A stretch of 64,000 nucleotides of DNA from the NCBI GenBank assembly GCA_017991555.1, contig JAGOQM010000004.1, forward strand, positions 18,273 through 82,272, read 5' to 3'. Position 1 is the stretch's first letter. Each line of letters starts with the position of its first letter. The notes under the pieces were generated by a model, which saw only the letters and a list, made by a program, of their open reading frames with translations, searched no databases and was not told the origin of the DNA. The stretch is from Neisseriaceae bacterium (GTDB lineage: Bacteria; Pseudomonadota; Gammaproteobacteria; Burkholderiales; Neisseriaceae). A program made the translations under genes and the position numbers. Shown piece by piece: positions 10,363-19,952 of this stretch.

Positions 10363-13300
10363 TTAATGCGGGGCGTGTTCGTCTGGGGTGCGGTTGAGGC
10401 GTTTGAGGAGGCGATGCGTGCGCGTGCGCAGGCCGTCCAGCAGGGTGTACATGACCGGCACCACAAAGAGGGTGAGCACGGTCGAGGTGATGAGGCCACC
10501 AATCACGGCCCAGGCCATCGGCTCTCGGGTTTCGCTGCTCTCACCGCCGCCTAAGGCCAGCGGCAGCATGCCGAAGATCATGGCCAAGCTGGTCATCAGA
10601 ATCGGCCGTAAGCGCACGCGGCCGGCCTCGACGATGGCGTCGGTACGGTTTAGGCCTTCGTTGAGGCGCGCATGGTTGATGAAGTCCACCAGTAAAATCC
10701 CGTTTTTGGCGGCCAGGCCCATCAGCATGACAATGCCGATGATGGAGAACATGTTCAGGGTGTTGCCGGTGAGCCAAAGCGCGCCGAAGACCCCGATGAA
10801 GACGAGGGGCAGCGACACCATGATGGTAATGGGCAGAGTGAAGCTGCGAAACTGTGCCGCCAAAATCATGTAGATGAAGATCACGCCCAGCGCCAGCGCT
10901 TGGAGCGCATACAGGGCAGATTCAACCATGTCTTGGTTTTCACCCTCTTGGATGAACTGGACGTCGCTCGGCAGGGTCAGCCGGTTTTTTAAGGCCTCAA
11001 CGTCGGCAAACACGGCCGAAGCGTCGCGGTCGCGGATGTTGCTGGTGAGGGTGATTTCGCGCTGGAGGTCAACCCGATGAATTTCACGCGGCGTTTGCCC
11101 AGCGGCAACCGTGGTGAAGTTGCTGAGGGTCACCATATGGGTTTGGCCATCTTGGCCAGTGGTGGGCACGGTCAGGCTGTGCAATAGGTCTTCGGTGCGG
11201 GCGGCTTGCGGGATGCGTAGGCGCACGTCGTGGCTGTTGCCGTCTTCCGCCTCCCAGAGGGTGGCGGTGTTGCCCGAAAACATGGTTTCTAGCATGGTGC
11301 CTAAGTCTTCGAGGCTGACGCCTAGGTTGGCGGCGGCGTTGCGGTCCATGGTGATGTCAAAGGAAGGGTCGGCATCGGTAAAGGTGGACTCAATGTCGGC
11401 AATGCCATCGATCTGGGCCAGCTCGGCCATGATGCTGGTGGCGGTGGCTTCTAGTTCGTGGAGGTTGCTGCCGCGAATGCCAATGCTGATGGGCTTGCCC
11501 CCGCCGTGGGTGGAGGCGCCAGAAATAGAGGTGATTTCGATGCCCGCGATCGGCTCAATGAGGCGGCGGCTTTCAGCCATCACTTCATCCAGGCTACGGT
11601 CGCGGAGGGCTTTTTTGCCAATGTCAACGTTGAGGCTGCCGTTGATCTTGCCGTTGCCAAAGCCAGCGGCGCCAATGTTGGCTGAAATGGTGTCGATTTC
11701 GGGAATGGCGCTCAAGGCCTGTTCCACCTCGATGCTTTTGGCCAGCGTGTAGTCGAGGCTAGAGCCCGCAGCGGTTTTAAAGCTGATGGAAAACTCACCG
11801 CGGTCTTCATCGGGCATGAATTCGGCCCCGATTTGGCCGCTGCTGACCAAGGCGAAGCTGCCGATGGTGAGGCCGGTGGCCGCCAGCAGGACCAGTAACC
11901 AATGCGACAGTGTCCAAAGAATAGCGCGGGCGTAGCGGTCGGCCAGTTTGCTGAGCCAGCGGTCAAAGCGGTCGGACAGTTTGCCAAATACGGAGCGTTT
12001 GCCGCTGCGGCCTGGGTCGTACCAAATGCTCGACAGCATGGGGTCGAGGGTGAGGCTGACGATCATCGAAATCATGATGGCAATGGCAACGGTGAGAGCG
12101 AACTGATGGAAAAACTGGCCGATGATGCCGTCCATGTAGCCGATGGGCACAAACACCGCCACGATGCACAGGGTGGTGGCCAATACGGCGAGACCAATTT
12201 CTTTGGTGCCCTCTAGCGCCGCTTGGTAATGGCTTTTGCCAAAGCCGGCGTGGCGCACAATGTTTTCCCGCACCACAATGGCGTCGTCAATCAATAGGCC
12301 GATGGACAGCGACATGGCCATCAGCGTCATCAGGTTGATGGTAAAGCCCAAGAGGCTGATGACAAACAGCGTGCCAATCAGCGAAATGGGCAAGGTGAGG
12401 CCGGTAATGACGGTGCTGCGCCAAGAGCCTAAAAAGAGGTACACGATTAAGACGGTGAGGACGATGCCTTCCAGCAGGGTGGCGCGCACGTCGGCGACCG
12501 AGTTTTTGATGTCTTCCGACTGGTCGTAGGTGTAGCTGATGCTAAAGCGATTGGCTTCTTCGGATTGCATCTGGGCCAGCGCCTGCTTAATGCCATCGGC
12601 CACCTGCACCACGTTGGCGCCGCGGTTGGCGCGGATGTCCAGGCTGAGTGAAGGCTTGCCGTTGAGTAGGGCAATGCTGTTTTTTTCGGCCTCGCCGTCG
12701 ATGACGGTGGCGACGTCGCGCACGCGGATCAAATGGCCGTCACGGTTGCTGATGACCACGTCGGCAAAGGCCAGTGGGTCTTTGATTTTGCCGGAGAGTC
12801 GGACCGACAGCTCTTCCCCATCGTTGCGCACGTTGCCGGCGGGCCGGTCTTGGTTGGCAATGGCTAAGGCGTCGGCCACCTGCGTGACGCTGAGGTTGAG
12901 GCTGCGAAGCTGGTCAGGGTTGAGGGCGATGTTGATTTCGCGGCTGGTGCCGCCGACAATCTCGACGTCGCCTACGCCGATGACGGTTTGTAAGCGTTTC
13001 TTGAGGGTGTTTTCCACCCAGTTGGTGAGGTCGCGTGGGCTCATGTCGGTGCTGCTCAGCGCGACCGACATCATTGGCTCGTCCGAAGGGTTGACCTGGG
13101 AGACGATGGGGGTGTCAATTTCGCGCCGGAACCCCCCCGAGATCATGCTGACCTTGTCGCGCACGTCTTGAATGGCCAGGTTGATGTCGACCGATAGCTC
13201 GAATTCCACCACGATGGTGGAGGCGCCTTCAAACGAGTAAGAGCGAATTTTTTTAATGCCGTTAATGGTGTTGAGGTTTTCTTCTAGCGGTTTCGAGACG

Positions 13301-13485
13301 TCGCTTTCCACCATTTCGGGCGAAGCCCCTTGGTAGGTGGTTTGAATCACGGCTACTGGAAAGCGCACATCGGGGAAAGCCTCGATGGGCAGCTTATTCA
13401 GAGAAAATAGGCCCAAGACCACGGCGGCCAGCACCAAAACGGCGGCAAAGTAGGGGTTGTTGACGCTAAGGCGGGTTAGCCACAT
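10363..13485 (-). CDS. RND-family efflux transporter, inner-membrane permease (AcrB-like)
   Basis: 1040 aa with a typical AcrB-family N-terminus and a 12-TM, two-large-loop architecture. Sits directly downstream of an MFP gene. Confidence 0.92.
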   Translation of the reverse strand: MWLTRLSVNNPYFAAVLVLAAVVLGLFSLNKLPIEAFPDVRFPVAVIQTTYQGASPEMVESDVSKPLEENLNTINGIKKIRSYSFEGASTIVVEFELSVDINLAIQDVRDKVSMISGGFRREIDTPIVSQVNPSDEPMMSVALSSTDMSPRDLTNWVENTLKKRLQTVIGVGDVEIVGGTSREINIALNPDQLRSLNLSVTQVADALAIANQDRPAGNVRNDGEELSVRLSGKIKDPLAFADVVISNRDGHLIRVRDVATVIDGEAEKNSIALLNGKPSLSLDIRANRGANVVQVADGIKQALAQMQSEEANRFSISYTYDQSEDIKNSVADVRATLLEGIVLTVLIVYLFLGSWRSTVITGLTLPISLIGTLFVISLLGFTINLMTLMAMSLSIGLLIDDAIVVRENIVRHAGFGKSHYQAALEGTKEIGLAVLATTLCIVAVFVPIGYMDGIIGQFFHQFALTVAIAIMISMIVSLTLDPMLSSIWYDPGRSGKRSVFGKLSDRFDRWLSKLADRYARAILWTLSHWLLVLLAATGLTIGSFALVSSGQIGAEFMPDEDRGEFSISFKTAAGSSLDYTLAKSIEVEQALSAIPEIDTISANIGAAGFGNGKINGSLNVDIGKKALRDRSLDEVMAESRRLIEPIAGIEITSISGASTHGGGKPISIGIRGSNLHELEATATSIMAELAQIDGIADIESTFTDADPSFDITMDRNAAANLGVSLEDLGTMLETMFSGNTATLWEAEDGNSHDVRLRIPQAARTEDLLHSLTVPTTGQDGQTHMVTLSNFTTVAAGQTPREIHRVDLQREITLTSNIRDRDASAVFADVEALKNRLTLPSDVQFIQEGENQDMVESALYALQALALGVIFIYMILAAQFRSFTLPITIMVSLPLVFIGVFGALWLTGNTLNMFSIIGIVMLMGLAAKNGILLVDFINHARLNEGLNRTDAIVEAGRVRLRPILMTSLAMIFGMLPLALGGGESSETREPMAWAVIGGLITSTVLTLFVVPVMYTLLDGLRTRTHRLLKRLNRTPDEHAPH

Positions 13486-13500
13486 ATCGCGGTTGCTCTC

Positions 13501-14604
13501 TTATGGTTTGGCGGTGGGAAGGGAAACGGAGTCGCCTGCCTTGAGGCCCAGAATGGTTTGTCTTAACACCACCGTGTTGGGCTCAATGCCGGTGACGGCC
13601 ACGCGTCGAGAGTAGCGGTCTTCCAGCATGACGGTGACCGGCCGCTCCTGAACTTGGTGGTCGATGACGGCCCAGACAAAAGTTTGGCCTTTGGCATTGG
13701 TTTGGAGGGCGCTGCTGGGCACCAGTGGGAACGCTTCCGTGCCTTCGGTGATGATGCTGCCCTGAGCAAATTGGCCGGCTTTTAAAGCGCCGTTGGCGTT
13801 GTTTACCTCAATAAAGGCCTTGAAGTCGCGGGTGTTGAGGTCGGCAACGGCATTGATGCGTTTGATCACGCCAGAGTAGGCCGCCTCATCACCGTCTACT
13901 TGGAAGGACACGGTTTGGCCTACGCGCACGAGGGGGACTTGCTGGTTCGACAGCGTGGCGGTGATTTCTAAGGTGTCTAGGTTGGCAATGGCGAACAGCT
14001 TGCTGTTGGCGGTGATGACTTCGCCGGCGCTGCTGGCGCGCTCATACACAATGCCGCTCATCGGGGCGTAAACGGCCAGATCGTGGACTGATTTTTCGGC
14101 CTGGGCCATTTGGGCCAATTGGGCGCGATGGCTGCCTTGGCTCACCGAAAATTGGTTTTTGGCTTCGTCTAAGGCCAGCTTCGAAATAAAGCCTTTTTCA
14201 AATAGAACCTGCTGCTGTTGCAGCTTGATTTTGGCCAAGTTGAGGTTGGCTTGGCTGTTGGCGACCTGCGCTTTTTGTTCTTGTAGTATTTGATTTAACG
14301 AAATGTTGTTAATTTGCGCCAATAGCTGGCCTTTTTTAACCCATTCTCCTTCACGTACCGTGACGGCTTGGAGGGTGCCGCCGACTTCTGAGTTCACGAC
14401 TGCTTGGTCATAGGGCTGCAGGTTGCCGGTAAAGGCCAGGCCGGCATTCAAGGGGCTGACCTGAGCGGTGGCAATGTCGACTTCGGAGAGGCGCTTCGCG
14501 ACGCTTTCAGCGGCCGCTGCCTGAGCGTCGGCGCCCTCGCTGGGTGCGCCCCCGCAGGCGGTGAGTAAGGTGAGGCAAAACACAATGAATAAAGTTGAGC
14601 GCAT
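13501..14604 (-). CDS. RND efflux periplasmic adaptor (membrane fusion protein), lipoprotein
   Basis: 367 aa with lipobox LLTACGG and coiled-coil plus beta-barrel MFP features. Located 15 nt upstream of the RND permease. Confidence 0.88.
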   Translation of the reverse strand: MRSTLFIVFCLTLLTACGGAPSEGADAQAAAAESVAKRLSEVDIATAQVSPLNAGLAFTGNLQPYDQAVVNSEVGGTLQAVTVREGEWVKKGQLLAQINNISLNQILQEQKAQVANSQANLNLAKIKLQQQQVLFEKGFISKLALDEAKNQFSVSQGSHRAQLAQMAQAEKSVHDLAVYAPMSGIVYERASSAGEVITANSKLFAIANLDTLEITATLSNQQVPLVRVGQTVSFQVDGDEAAYSGVIKRINAVADLNTRDFKAFIEVNNANGALKAGQFAQGSIITEGTEAFPLVPSSALQTNAKGQTFVWAVIDHQVQERPVTVMLEDRYSRRVAVTGIEPNTVVLRQTILGLKAGDSVSLPTAKP

Positions 14605-14760
14605 AGAAACAGTCGTCAGGCCGAAGCCAAAGGTGATTGGAGGCGTTAATTTTAACTGGTTTCGCAGCGCGGCGGGGGCTTATCTGAGGGCAAGGAGCTG
14701 GGTTGTGGCGAATGGCTAGGTACATAAGGCCAAGCGACCGAGTCGTCGTGACGGCGTGGT

Positions 14761-15906
14761 TTAGCCTAAGGTCGATGAATCACCGTAGTTGACCGAACGC
14801 GCCACCGGCGTTTCGTGGATGAGGCCTTTGAGCTTGAGGCGGCGATAAATCTTGGCCTCTAGGGATAAAAATTGGTTGAGGACGTCGTGGTTGTCTTGGT
14901 GGTAGGCCAGGGCAATGCGTTCAATTAAGTACACCAGATAAAAAATGTAGGCCGCATTGCTGGGCGGGGCAATGTGAAAAAACGTGTTTTGCCACTGGGC
15001 GTAGCGTTCAAAAAACAGCCTGAGGGTGTCTGAGAACACTTTGCGTTTGCGGTAGCGGGTGTAGAGGTCAAACAGATCGAAATGCAACAGCGAATAGGTT
15101 TGCATCTCCCAGTCTAAAATCACGTAGCCGTGCTGGCTTTTGGCAAAATTGCGGCTGTCGGCGTCGCCGTGAATGAACGAGGTTAAAAGTGGCATGTGGG
15201 GATCATAAGCAGGGTCATTGATGACGGCCATGATCAAGGCGTTGATTTTGATCTGGGACGGATGTTGGGTGGCCAACAGCTGTTGCTTACGTAAATAGCC
15301 GGACAGGGACAGCTGGCCGGTGGTGGTGGTTTTGTATATGTCGGCCAAGGCGGGCGCCAGTTGGCTAAATAGGTCTTGATAGACGGCTTTGTCCTGATTC
15401 ACAAAGCGTTTGCCATAAATGTCATGGCGGGTAAACGAGGTAATCAAATAGATCGACTCGGTGCTGGTCGAGCCCAAGGACAATAGGTCGGGCGTCGATT
15501 GTGGCTTGGTGAATAGATTGAGATGGTACAGGGTTTTGATGTGGTTTTTGAGGTAGGGCCGCCCTTGCTCTTTGGGGAACAGCTTGAGAATTTTTTGATT
15601 ATGACGAGAGCAGATGATCAGTCCTTCGCGCCGCTCGCGGTAAAACAGAACCGTGTCGGCCGGTAGGTCGAGGGTGATGTCGTCGAGGCATTTACCCCTG
15701 AGCTTAAGGCTGAGGTGTTTGAGGTAATAAGTGTAGACCTTATAGCGCGAAGGACCCAGATAATATTGCAGTTCAGGACTGCATAAGCTGGGCACGTAGG
15801 CACTCAGATACGCATGGTAGACAAACCGTGTGGGGGTGGTTGTCTGCCAAGTATCGTGTAATTCGTCGAGCGATGCCAGTAATGAAGTCTGATCGTGTAG
15901 GGGCAT
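14761..15906 (-). CDS. APH/choline-kinase-fold phosphotransferase, substrate unknown
   Basis: 381 aa with catalytic-loop motif FIHGDADSRNF and metal-binding motif ILDWE. It is a stand-alone transcription unit. Confidence 0.6.
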   Translation of the reverse strand: MPLHDQTSLLASLDELHDTWQTTTPTRFVYHAYLSAYVPSLCSPELQYYLGPSRYKVYTYYLKHLSLKLRGKCLDDITLDLPADTVLFYRERREGLIICSRHNQKILKLFPKEQGRPYLKNHIKTLYHLNLFTKPQSTPDLLSLGSTSTESIYLITSFTRHDIYGKRFVNQDKAVYQDLFSQLAPALADIYKTTTTGQLSLSGYLRKQQLLATQHPSQIKINALIMAVINDPAYDPHMPLLTSFIHGDADSRNFAKSQHGYVILDWEMQTYSLLHFDLFDLYTRYRKRKVFSDTLRLFFERYAQWQNTFFHIAPPSNAAYIFYLVYLIERIALAYHQDNHDVLNQFLSLEAKIYRRLKLKGLIHETPVARSVNYGDSSTLG

Positions 15907-16024
15907 GATGTCCGCTTTAAGGGTTTATCAATGGTCTGTAATAATCATAGCCGATCAAAAACCTAATTGCGGTTAAAAAATGTAAAAGCGTGTTAGCAAT
16001 GAAGAGCGGATTATGGGTAGAAGG

Positions 16025-16055
16025 CGAATAAAAGGGCAAGCCCAACGGCTTGCCC
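16025..16055 (-). terminator. rho-independent terminator of the moaD-moaE-mobA-moeA operon
   Basis: Stem gggcaagcc/ggcttgccc with an A-run on the plus strand, which is a T-run on the minus strand. Confidence 0.8.
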
Positions 16056-16089
16056 TGTATTAATGAATCCGATGATGCACCTGCGCGGC

Positions 16090-17289
16090 TTAGGCCAACA
16101 GCAAGTAGGCGCGCAGACTGTCGCCGGCGTTGACCACGGTTTGGGGCGGCACTTCGACCAGGCAGTTGGCTTGAGTGCAGGCGCTGAGCATGGCCGAGCC
16201 TTGATGAGGCAAGAGGGTGATGAGGCTTTGGCCGTCTTGATTCACCAGCACGGCGCGTAAAAATTCTCGTCGTTTAATCGCTTTAGGGCGTTCAAAAGCC
16301 GCCGTGGCGTACACTTGCGCCAGCTGCCAAAAGCGTGAGTGAACGCCCATTAGGCGTTTGAGTGCAGGCTGTAGCAACAGCTGTGAGGTCGCGAAGGTGG
16401 CCACAGGGTTGCCTGGCAGCATAAAGACTTTGGCTTGGCCGACGGTGCCCCAGGAAAACGGTTTGCCCGGCTTGATTAAGACCTTGTGCTCGATCAGGGT
16501 GCCTGCCTTCATGATGGCATTTTTTAAGTGGTCTTCTTCGCCGACGGACACGCCGCCGCTGGTGATGATGATGTCGTAGTGGGCAGCGGCCTCAGTGAAG
16601 GCGGCTTCGGTGGCCTGCTGTTGGTCTGGCAGAATGCCGCCGTCGGTGACTTCGGTGCCCAGGGCGTTGAGCCAGGCCAAGAGCTGAAAGCGGTTGGCGT
16701 CGTAGATTTGTCCCGCAGCCAAAGGCTGGTCTGGGTTAATGACCTCATTGCCGCTGGAAAAGACCATGACCTTTAGGGGTTTGAATACGGTGATTACGGG
16801 ATAGCCTTGGCTGGCGATCAGGCCCAGATTAGCCGTGCTTAATGGCGTGCCCGCAGGCACCAATAGGTCGCCAACGAGGGTTTCTTCCCCTTCAAAGCGG
16901 ATGTGCTGTTTGGGCTGGGCGCTGGCGGTTAAGGTCAGGGTGCGGCCCTCAACGGCGGTTTCTTCTTGGGGCACAACGGCGGTGGTGCCATGGGGGATGG
17001 GGGCGCCGGTAAAAATACGCACCGCTTCGCCCGCATTTAAGCGGACGTGTGCGGCGCTGTCGCCGGCGGCAATGCGCTCAATGATGTCAAAAGGCCCTGC
17101 TTCGTTGTTAGGGGCACAAATGGCGTAGCCATCCATGGCGCTGTTGTCAAACAAGGGGCTGGCAAACTTGGCGCACACGTCGTGGGCCAAAATACGGTTG
17201 GCCGCCTGTGCCAAGGGCAGGCTTTCGGTGGCTGGGGCGGTGTGGGGAATGTTTTGTAATTCGGTAAGGGCGTCGTAAAAATCTATCAT
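16090..17289 (-). CDS. moeA: molybdopterin molybdenumtransferase
   Basis: 399 aa with the MoeA domain pattern. Its start overlaps the mobA stop by 4 nt. Confidence 0.9.
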   Translation of the reverse strand: MIDFYDALTELQNIPHTAPATESLPLAQAANRILAHDVCAKFASPLFDNSAMDGYAICAPNNEAGPFDIIERIAAGDSAAHVRLNAGEAVRIFTGAPIPHGTTAVVPQEETAVEGRTLTLTASAQPKQHIRFEGEETLVGDLLVPAGTPLSTANLGLIASQGYPVITVFKPLKVMVFSSGNEVINPDQPLAAGQIYDANRFQLLAWLNALGTEVTDGGILPDQQQATEAAFTEAAAHYDIIITSGGVSVGEEDHLKNAIMKAGTLIEHKVLIKPGKPFSWGTVGQAKVFMLPGNPVATFATSQLLLQPALKRLMGVHSRFWQLAQVYATAAFERPKAIKRREFLRAVLVNQDGQSLITLLPHQGSAMLSACTQANCLVEVPPQTVVNAGDSLRAYLLLA

Positions 17290-17906
17290 GATGACTCCTG
17301 ATCAGCCATGTTGTCTAAGTCTTGGTAGCGGTTGCCGTTGGCAAAGGCTGCGGTTTCGGGAAAATACAGGGCGGCGGCCTGATGCTGCTGTAAAAAGCCG
17401 CGTAAGGTGCGCTCGCCGCGGGCCAAGTAGTCGGGCAGGCTGGCGAGCAGGTGGGGCCGCAGCAGCATGATGCTGGGCTGGGGGCCGTCATCGGTCTGGG
17501 CGTACCAGGCTAGGACTTCTGGTCGCTCGGTGGCGGCCGCCAGCAGGCGCGGCACGAGGGTGTGCGGTAGTTTAGGGGTGTCGCAGGGCAAGACCAACAG
17601 CCAGTCTAGCGCGGGCAGAAGCGGCCCTGCCGAAGCGAGGCCGGCTAAGGGGCCTTGGGCCGCATAAGCGTCGGCATCGGCAAACACGGCGTCGGCCTGG
17701 CTCAGCTGTTGATAGGCGGCCTGATTGCGGTTGGCGCTGACGCCCAGCCACTGACAGGCGGGCCGCACCACTGGCAGTAAGTGGCAGATTAAAGGCTGGC
17801 CTTGGAACGGCACCAGCCCTTTGTCGTGGCCTTGCATGCGGGTGGCGAGGCCACCCGCCAGAATGATCGCCCCTAGGCGCACTGGGCTACCAGCGGTTTT
17901 TGGCAT
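17286..17906 (-). CDS. mobA: molybdenum cofactor guanylyltransferase
   Basis: Contains the motif ILAGGLATRMQGHDKGL. I trimmed the start to the ATG at 17906, because the ORF-track start at 18020 would overlap moaE by 134 nt. The exact start is uncertain (17912, 17906 or the GTG at 17882). Confidence 0.85.
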   Translation of the reverse strand: MPKTAGSPVRLGAIILAGGLATRMQGHDKGLVPFQGQPLICHLLPVVRPACQWLGVSANRNQAAYQQLSQADAVFADADAYAAQGPLAGLASAGPLLPALDWLLVLPCDTPKLPHTLVPRLLAAATERPEVLAWYAQTDDGPQPSIMLLRPHLLASLPDYLARGERTLRGFLQQHQAAALYFPETAAFANGNRYQDLDNMADQESS

Positions 17907-18336
17907 CGTCATCGCTGGCTTTGGCGGCGACCCAAGCGCTGTCGCCATTTTTAAAGTGTTCCTGCTTCCAGAAAGGGGCCTCGGTTTTGAGGTAGTCCAT
18001 GATGTATTCTGCCGCCGCAAAGGCTTCTTTACGGTGAGTGGCCGCCACTAAAATCGCCACGATTTGCTCGTCTACGTAGAGGTTGCCGACGCGATGGATG
18101 ACGCGGCAGGCTTGTAGGGCCCAGCGGTCTTCGGCCTGAGTGACAATGCGGCCAATTTCACTTTCGGTGAGGCCGGGAAAGTGTTCTAAAAAAAGATGGC
18201 TGAGCGGCTCGGCCTGGTCTTTACCGCGCACTTTGCCGGTGAAGGTGACCACCGCGCCGACGTTGGGCGTGTCCTGGCACAGCAGGGCGTATTCGTGGGC
18301 GAGGTCAAAATCTTCGGTTTGGATGCTGATGACCAT
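17887..18336 (-). CDS. moaE: molybdopterin synthase catalytic subunit
   Basis: 149 aa, MoaE-like, placed immediately after moaD. Confidence 0.88.
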   Translation of the reverse strand: MVISIQTEDFDLAHEYALLCQDTPNVGAVVTFTGKVRGKDQAEPLSHLFLEHFPGLTESEIGRIVTQAEDRWALQACRVIHRVGNLYVDEQIVAILVAATHRKEAFAAAEYIMDYLKTEAPFWKQEHFKNGDSAWVAAKASDDDAKNRW

Positions 18337-18338
18337 GA

Positions 18339-18593
18339 TTAACCTCCCGTGACCGGCGGCAACAAGGCGACTTCAGCGCCGTGCGGAATGCTGACGTTGC
18401 CCTGGGTGATTTGTTTGTTGACCACCAGGCGGAAAATACGCTCCGGCGCCAAGGCCTCGGCCCAATCGTGCCCGCGCCCGCGCAACAGCGCCAACAGCTC
18501 GTCTCGGGTGCCGCCGGGCCAGTCGAGGCTTTCTTGGGCCAAGCCTAGCTGTTGCTTCAGGACGCCGAAATAAATAAGGTGGATCATGCGCAT
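18339..18593 (-). CDS. moaD: molybdopterin synthase sulfur-carrier subunit
   Basis: 84 aa with a ThiS/MoaD fold and C-terminal GG (PPVTGG). Confidence 0.85.
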   Translation of the reverse strand: MRMIHLIYFGVLKQQLGLAQESLDWPGGTRDELLALLRGRGHDWAEALAPERIFRLVVNKQITQGNVSIPHGAEVALLPPVTGG

Positions 18594-18714
18594 GGTTCCT
18601 TCTGTTACGGGTTGGGTATGTGGCTTATTTTACCAGTTTAATGCGTGCTTGGATTGAGATTAGTCACGGGCGGTGGTAAGGTTTGCTTTTTCCAAGTGAG
18701 TGAATGGTTAACCC

Positions 18715-19191
18715 ATGTCTGAATTAACCCATTTCAATGCCCAAGGCCAAGCCCATATGGTTGACGTTGGGGCCAAAACCGAGACCGTGCGCGTGGCCAA
18801 GGCCGTTGGCGCCATCGTGATGCTGCCGGAAACGTTTGCGGCGTTGATGGCGGGCAACAACAAAAAAGGCGACGTGCTGGGCATTGCCCGCATTGCCGCC
18901 ATTCAAGGCACCAAGCAAACCAGCACGCTGATTCCGCTGTGCCATCCGCTGAGCCTGACCCATGTAGACGTGGATTTTACAACCGATGCCGCCACCCATA
19001 CAGTGACCCTCACCGTGACCGCGAAAACCACGGGTAAGACCGGGGTGGAGATGGAGGCCCTAACCGGTGTGATGACTGGTTTACTCACCGTTTACGACAT
19101 GCTCAAAGCCATTGATAAAGGCATGCAGATTGTGAACGTGCGCCTGTTGGAAAAACAAGGGGGCAAGAGTGGCCATTTCATTGCCTCTTGA
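18715..19191 (+). CDS. moaC: cyclic pyranopterin monophosphate synthase accessory protein
   Basis: 158 aa with a typical MoaC sequence ([19 protein letters not shown]). Divergent from moaD. Confidence 0.92.
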   Translation: MSELTHFNAQGQAHMVDVGAKTETVRVAKAVGAIVMLPETFAALMAGNNKKGDVLGIARIAAIQGTKQTSTLIPLCHPLSLTHVDVDFTTDAATHTVTLTVTAKTTGKTGVEMEALTGVMTGLLTVYDMLKAIDKGMQIVNVRLLEKQGGKSGHFIAS

Positions 19192-19213
19192 GGGGCAGCT
19201 GGTGGCACCGGTG

Positions 19214-19819
19214 ATGCGCATTGGCTGGTGTGGTCAAGACGCGTTGTTTTGGCAGGGGGCCAAGGCCTTGCTGTGTCTGCCTCAGTTTTTGCTGCACCCA
19301 GCTCAAGCCTGGACGGCGGTTGCCGACTTAGCTCAGGCCGGTGCCGATCTGGATTTGCTGGTGTGGGATTTAGGCATGGCTCGCGCTGAAGACATGGCGG
19401 CCTTACAGGCGGCGTGGCCGTCCTTGTTGCCCACGCCGGTCTTGGTGGTGAGTGCCCACATGGATCAGGGGCTATTGAATGCCTTGCTGACCCTCGGCGT
19501 GAGCGGGGTTTTGTCCAAGCAGATCGACGGCCAGTATTTGGTGCAGTCGGTGAAGCAGGCGGTGGCCGGCCAGAAAGTGTTGGCGCCCGAATACCGCGGG
19601 CTAGTGCCAGACCCCGAAGCGGTGCTGTTTCAAACCTTGACCGCCCGCGAGCGCGAAATTTTGGCCTACTTGGCCAAGGGCGCGAGCAATAAGGTCATTG
19701 CCGAAGCGCTGGCGGTGGCCCCAAGCACGGTCAAAGTGCACGTGCAAAATATTTTACGCAAATTACAGCTAAGCTCCAGAGTGCAGGCGGCCGTGTATGC
19801 CGTCAGGCTGCAAGGCTAA
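19214..19819 (+). CDS. LuxR/NarL-family DNA-binding regulator with an atypical receiver-like domain
   Basis: C-terminal LuxR HTH (LTAREREILAYLAKGASNKVIAEALAVAPSTVKVHVQNILRKL). The N-terminal receiver keeps the D, S and K positions but has CG where the acidic DD pair should be. The start could instead be the GTG at 19169. Confidence 0.75.
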   Translation: MRIGWCGQDALFWQGAKALLCLPQFLLHPAQAWTAVADLAQAGADLDLLVWDLGMARAEDMAALQAAWPSLLPTPVLVVSAHMDQGLLNALLTLGVSGVLSKQIDGQYLVQSVKQAVAGQKVLAPEYRGLVPDPEAVLFQTLTAREREILAYLAKGASNKVIAEALAVAPSTVKVHVQNILRKLQLSSRVQAAVYAVRLQG

Positions 19820-19844
19820 GCCCCTAATCACCCCAAAGCCACCA

Positions 19845-19868
19845 CCGCCTGCGTCAGGCGGTTTTTTT
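19845..19868 (+). terminator. rho-independent terminator of the LuxR-type regulator gene
   Basis: Stem ccgcctg/caggcgg followed by a 7-T run. Confidence 0.8.
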
Positions 19869-19897
19869 GTGCCCGTAGTTTAGGCTTACGTAGGCAC

Positions 19898-19933
19898 AAA
19901 AAAACCGCTGGGCCTGAAGGCAGGCACCAGCGG
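19898..19933 (-). terminator. rho-independent terminator of secB
   Basis: Long stem ccgctgggcctg/caggcaccagcgg with an A-run on the plus strand. Confidence 0.75.
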
Positions 19934-19952
19934 CGGCGTGACGCGACCGAGC

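Noticed and set aside
10388-13171. Multiple long plus-strand ORFs (for example 10388-10873, 11111-11752, 12539-13171) opposite the RND permease gene
   Set aside because: These are shadow ORFs typical of GC-rich coding DNA. They have Arg/Ser/Ala/Met-rich composition and no motifs, and they lie fully inside a well-supported 1040-aa gene. The same reasoning applies to 1113-1571 (+) opposite ppc, 4649-5263 (-) opposite lnt, 37698-38303 (-) opposite mmsA, 29005-29625 (+) opposite asd and 55648-56127 (+) opposite the epimerase.
17907-18020. N-terminal extensions offered by the ORF track (mobA to 18020, pssA from 30397, GNAT to 41283, hemH to 47076, ung to 39465, priA to 24459, HDAC from 61784, GNAT from 25868, PEP-type protein from 42723)
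   Set aside because: Each extension overlaps the neighbouring gene or adds non-homologous sequence ahead of a conserved N-terminus. An internal ATG with a better RBS or tight stop-start coupling is available in each case. The exact starts remain predictions.
18594-18714. A Moco riboswitch in the moaD/moaC divergent spacer
   Set aside because: The spacer is only about 120 bp and has to hold two promoters. I could not find the conserved Moco-motif elements. A cmscan would settle it.
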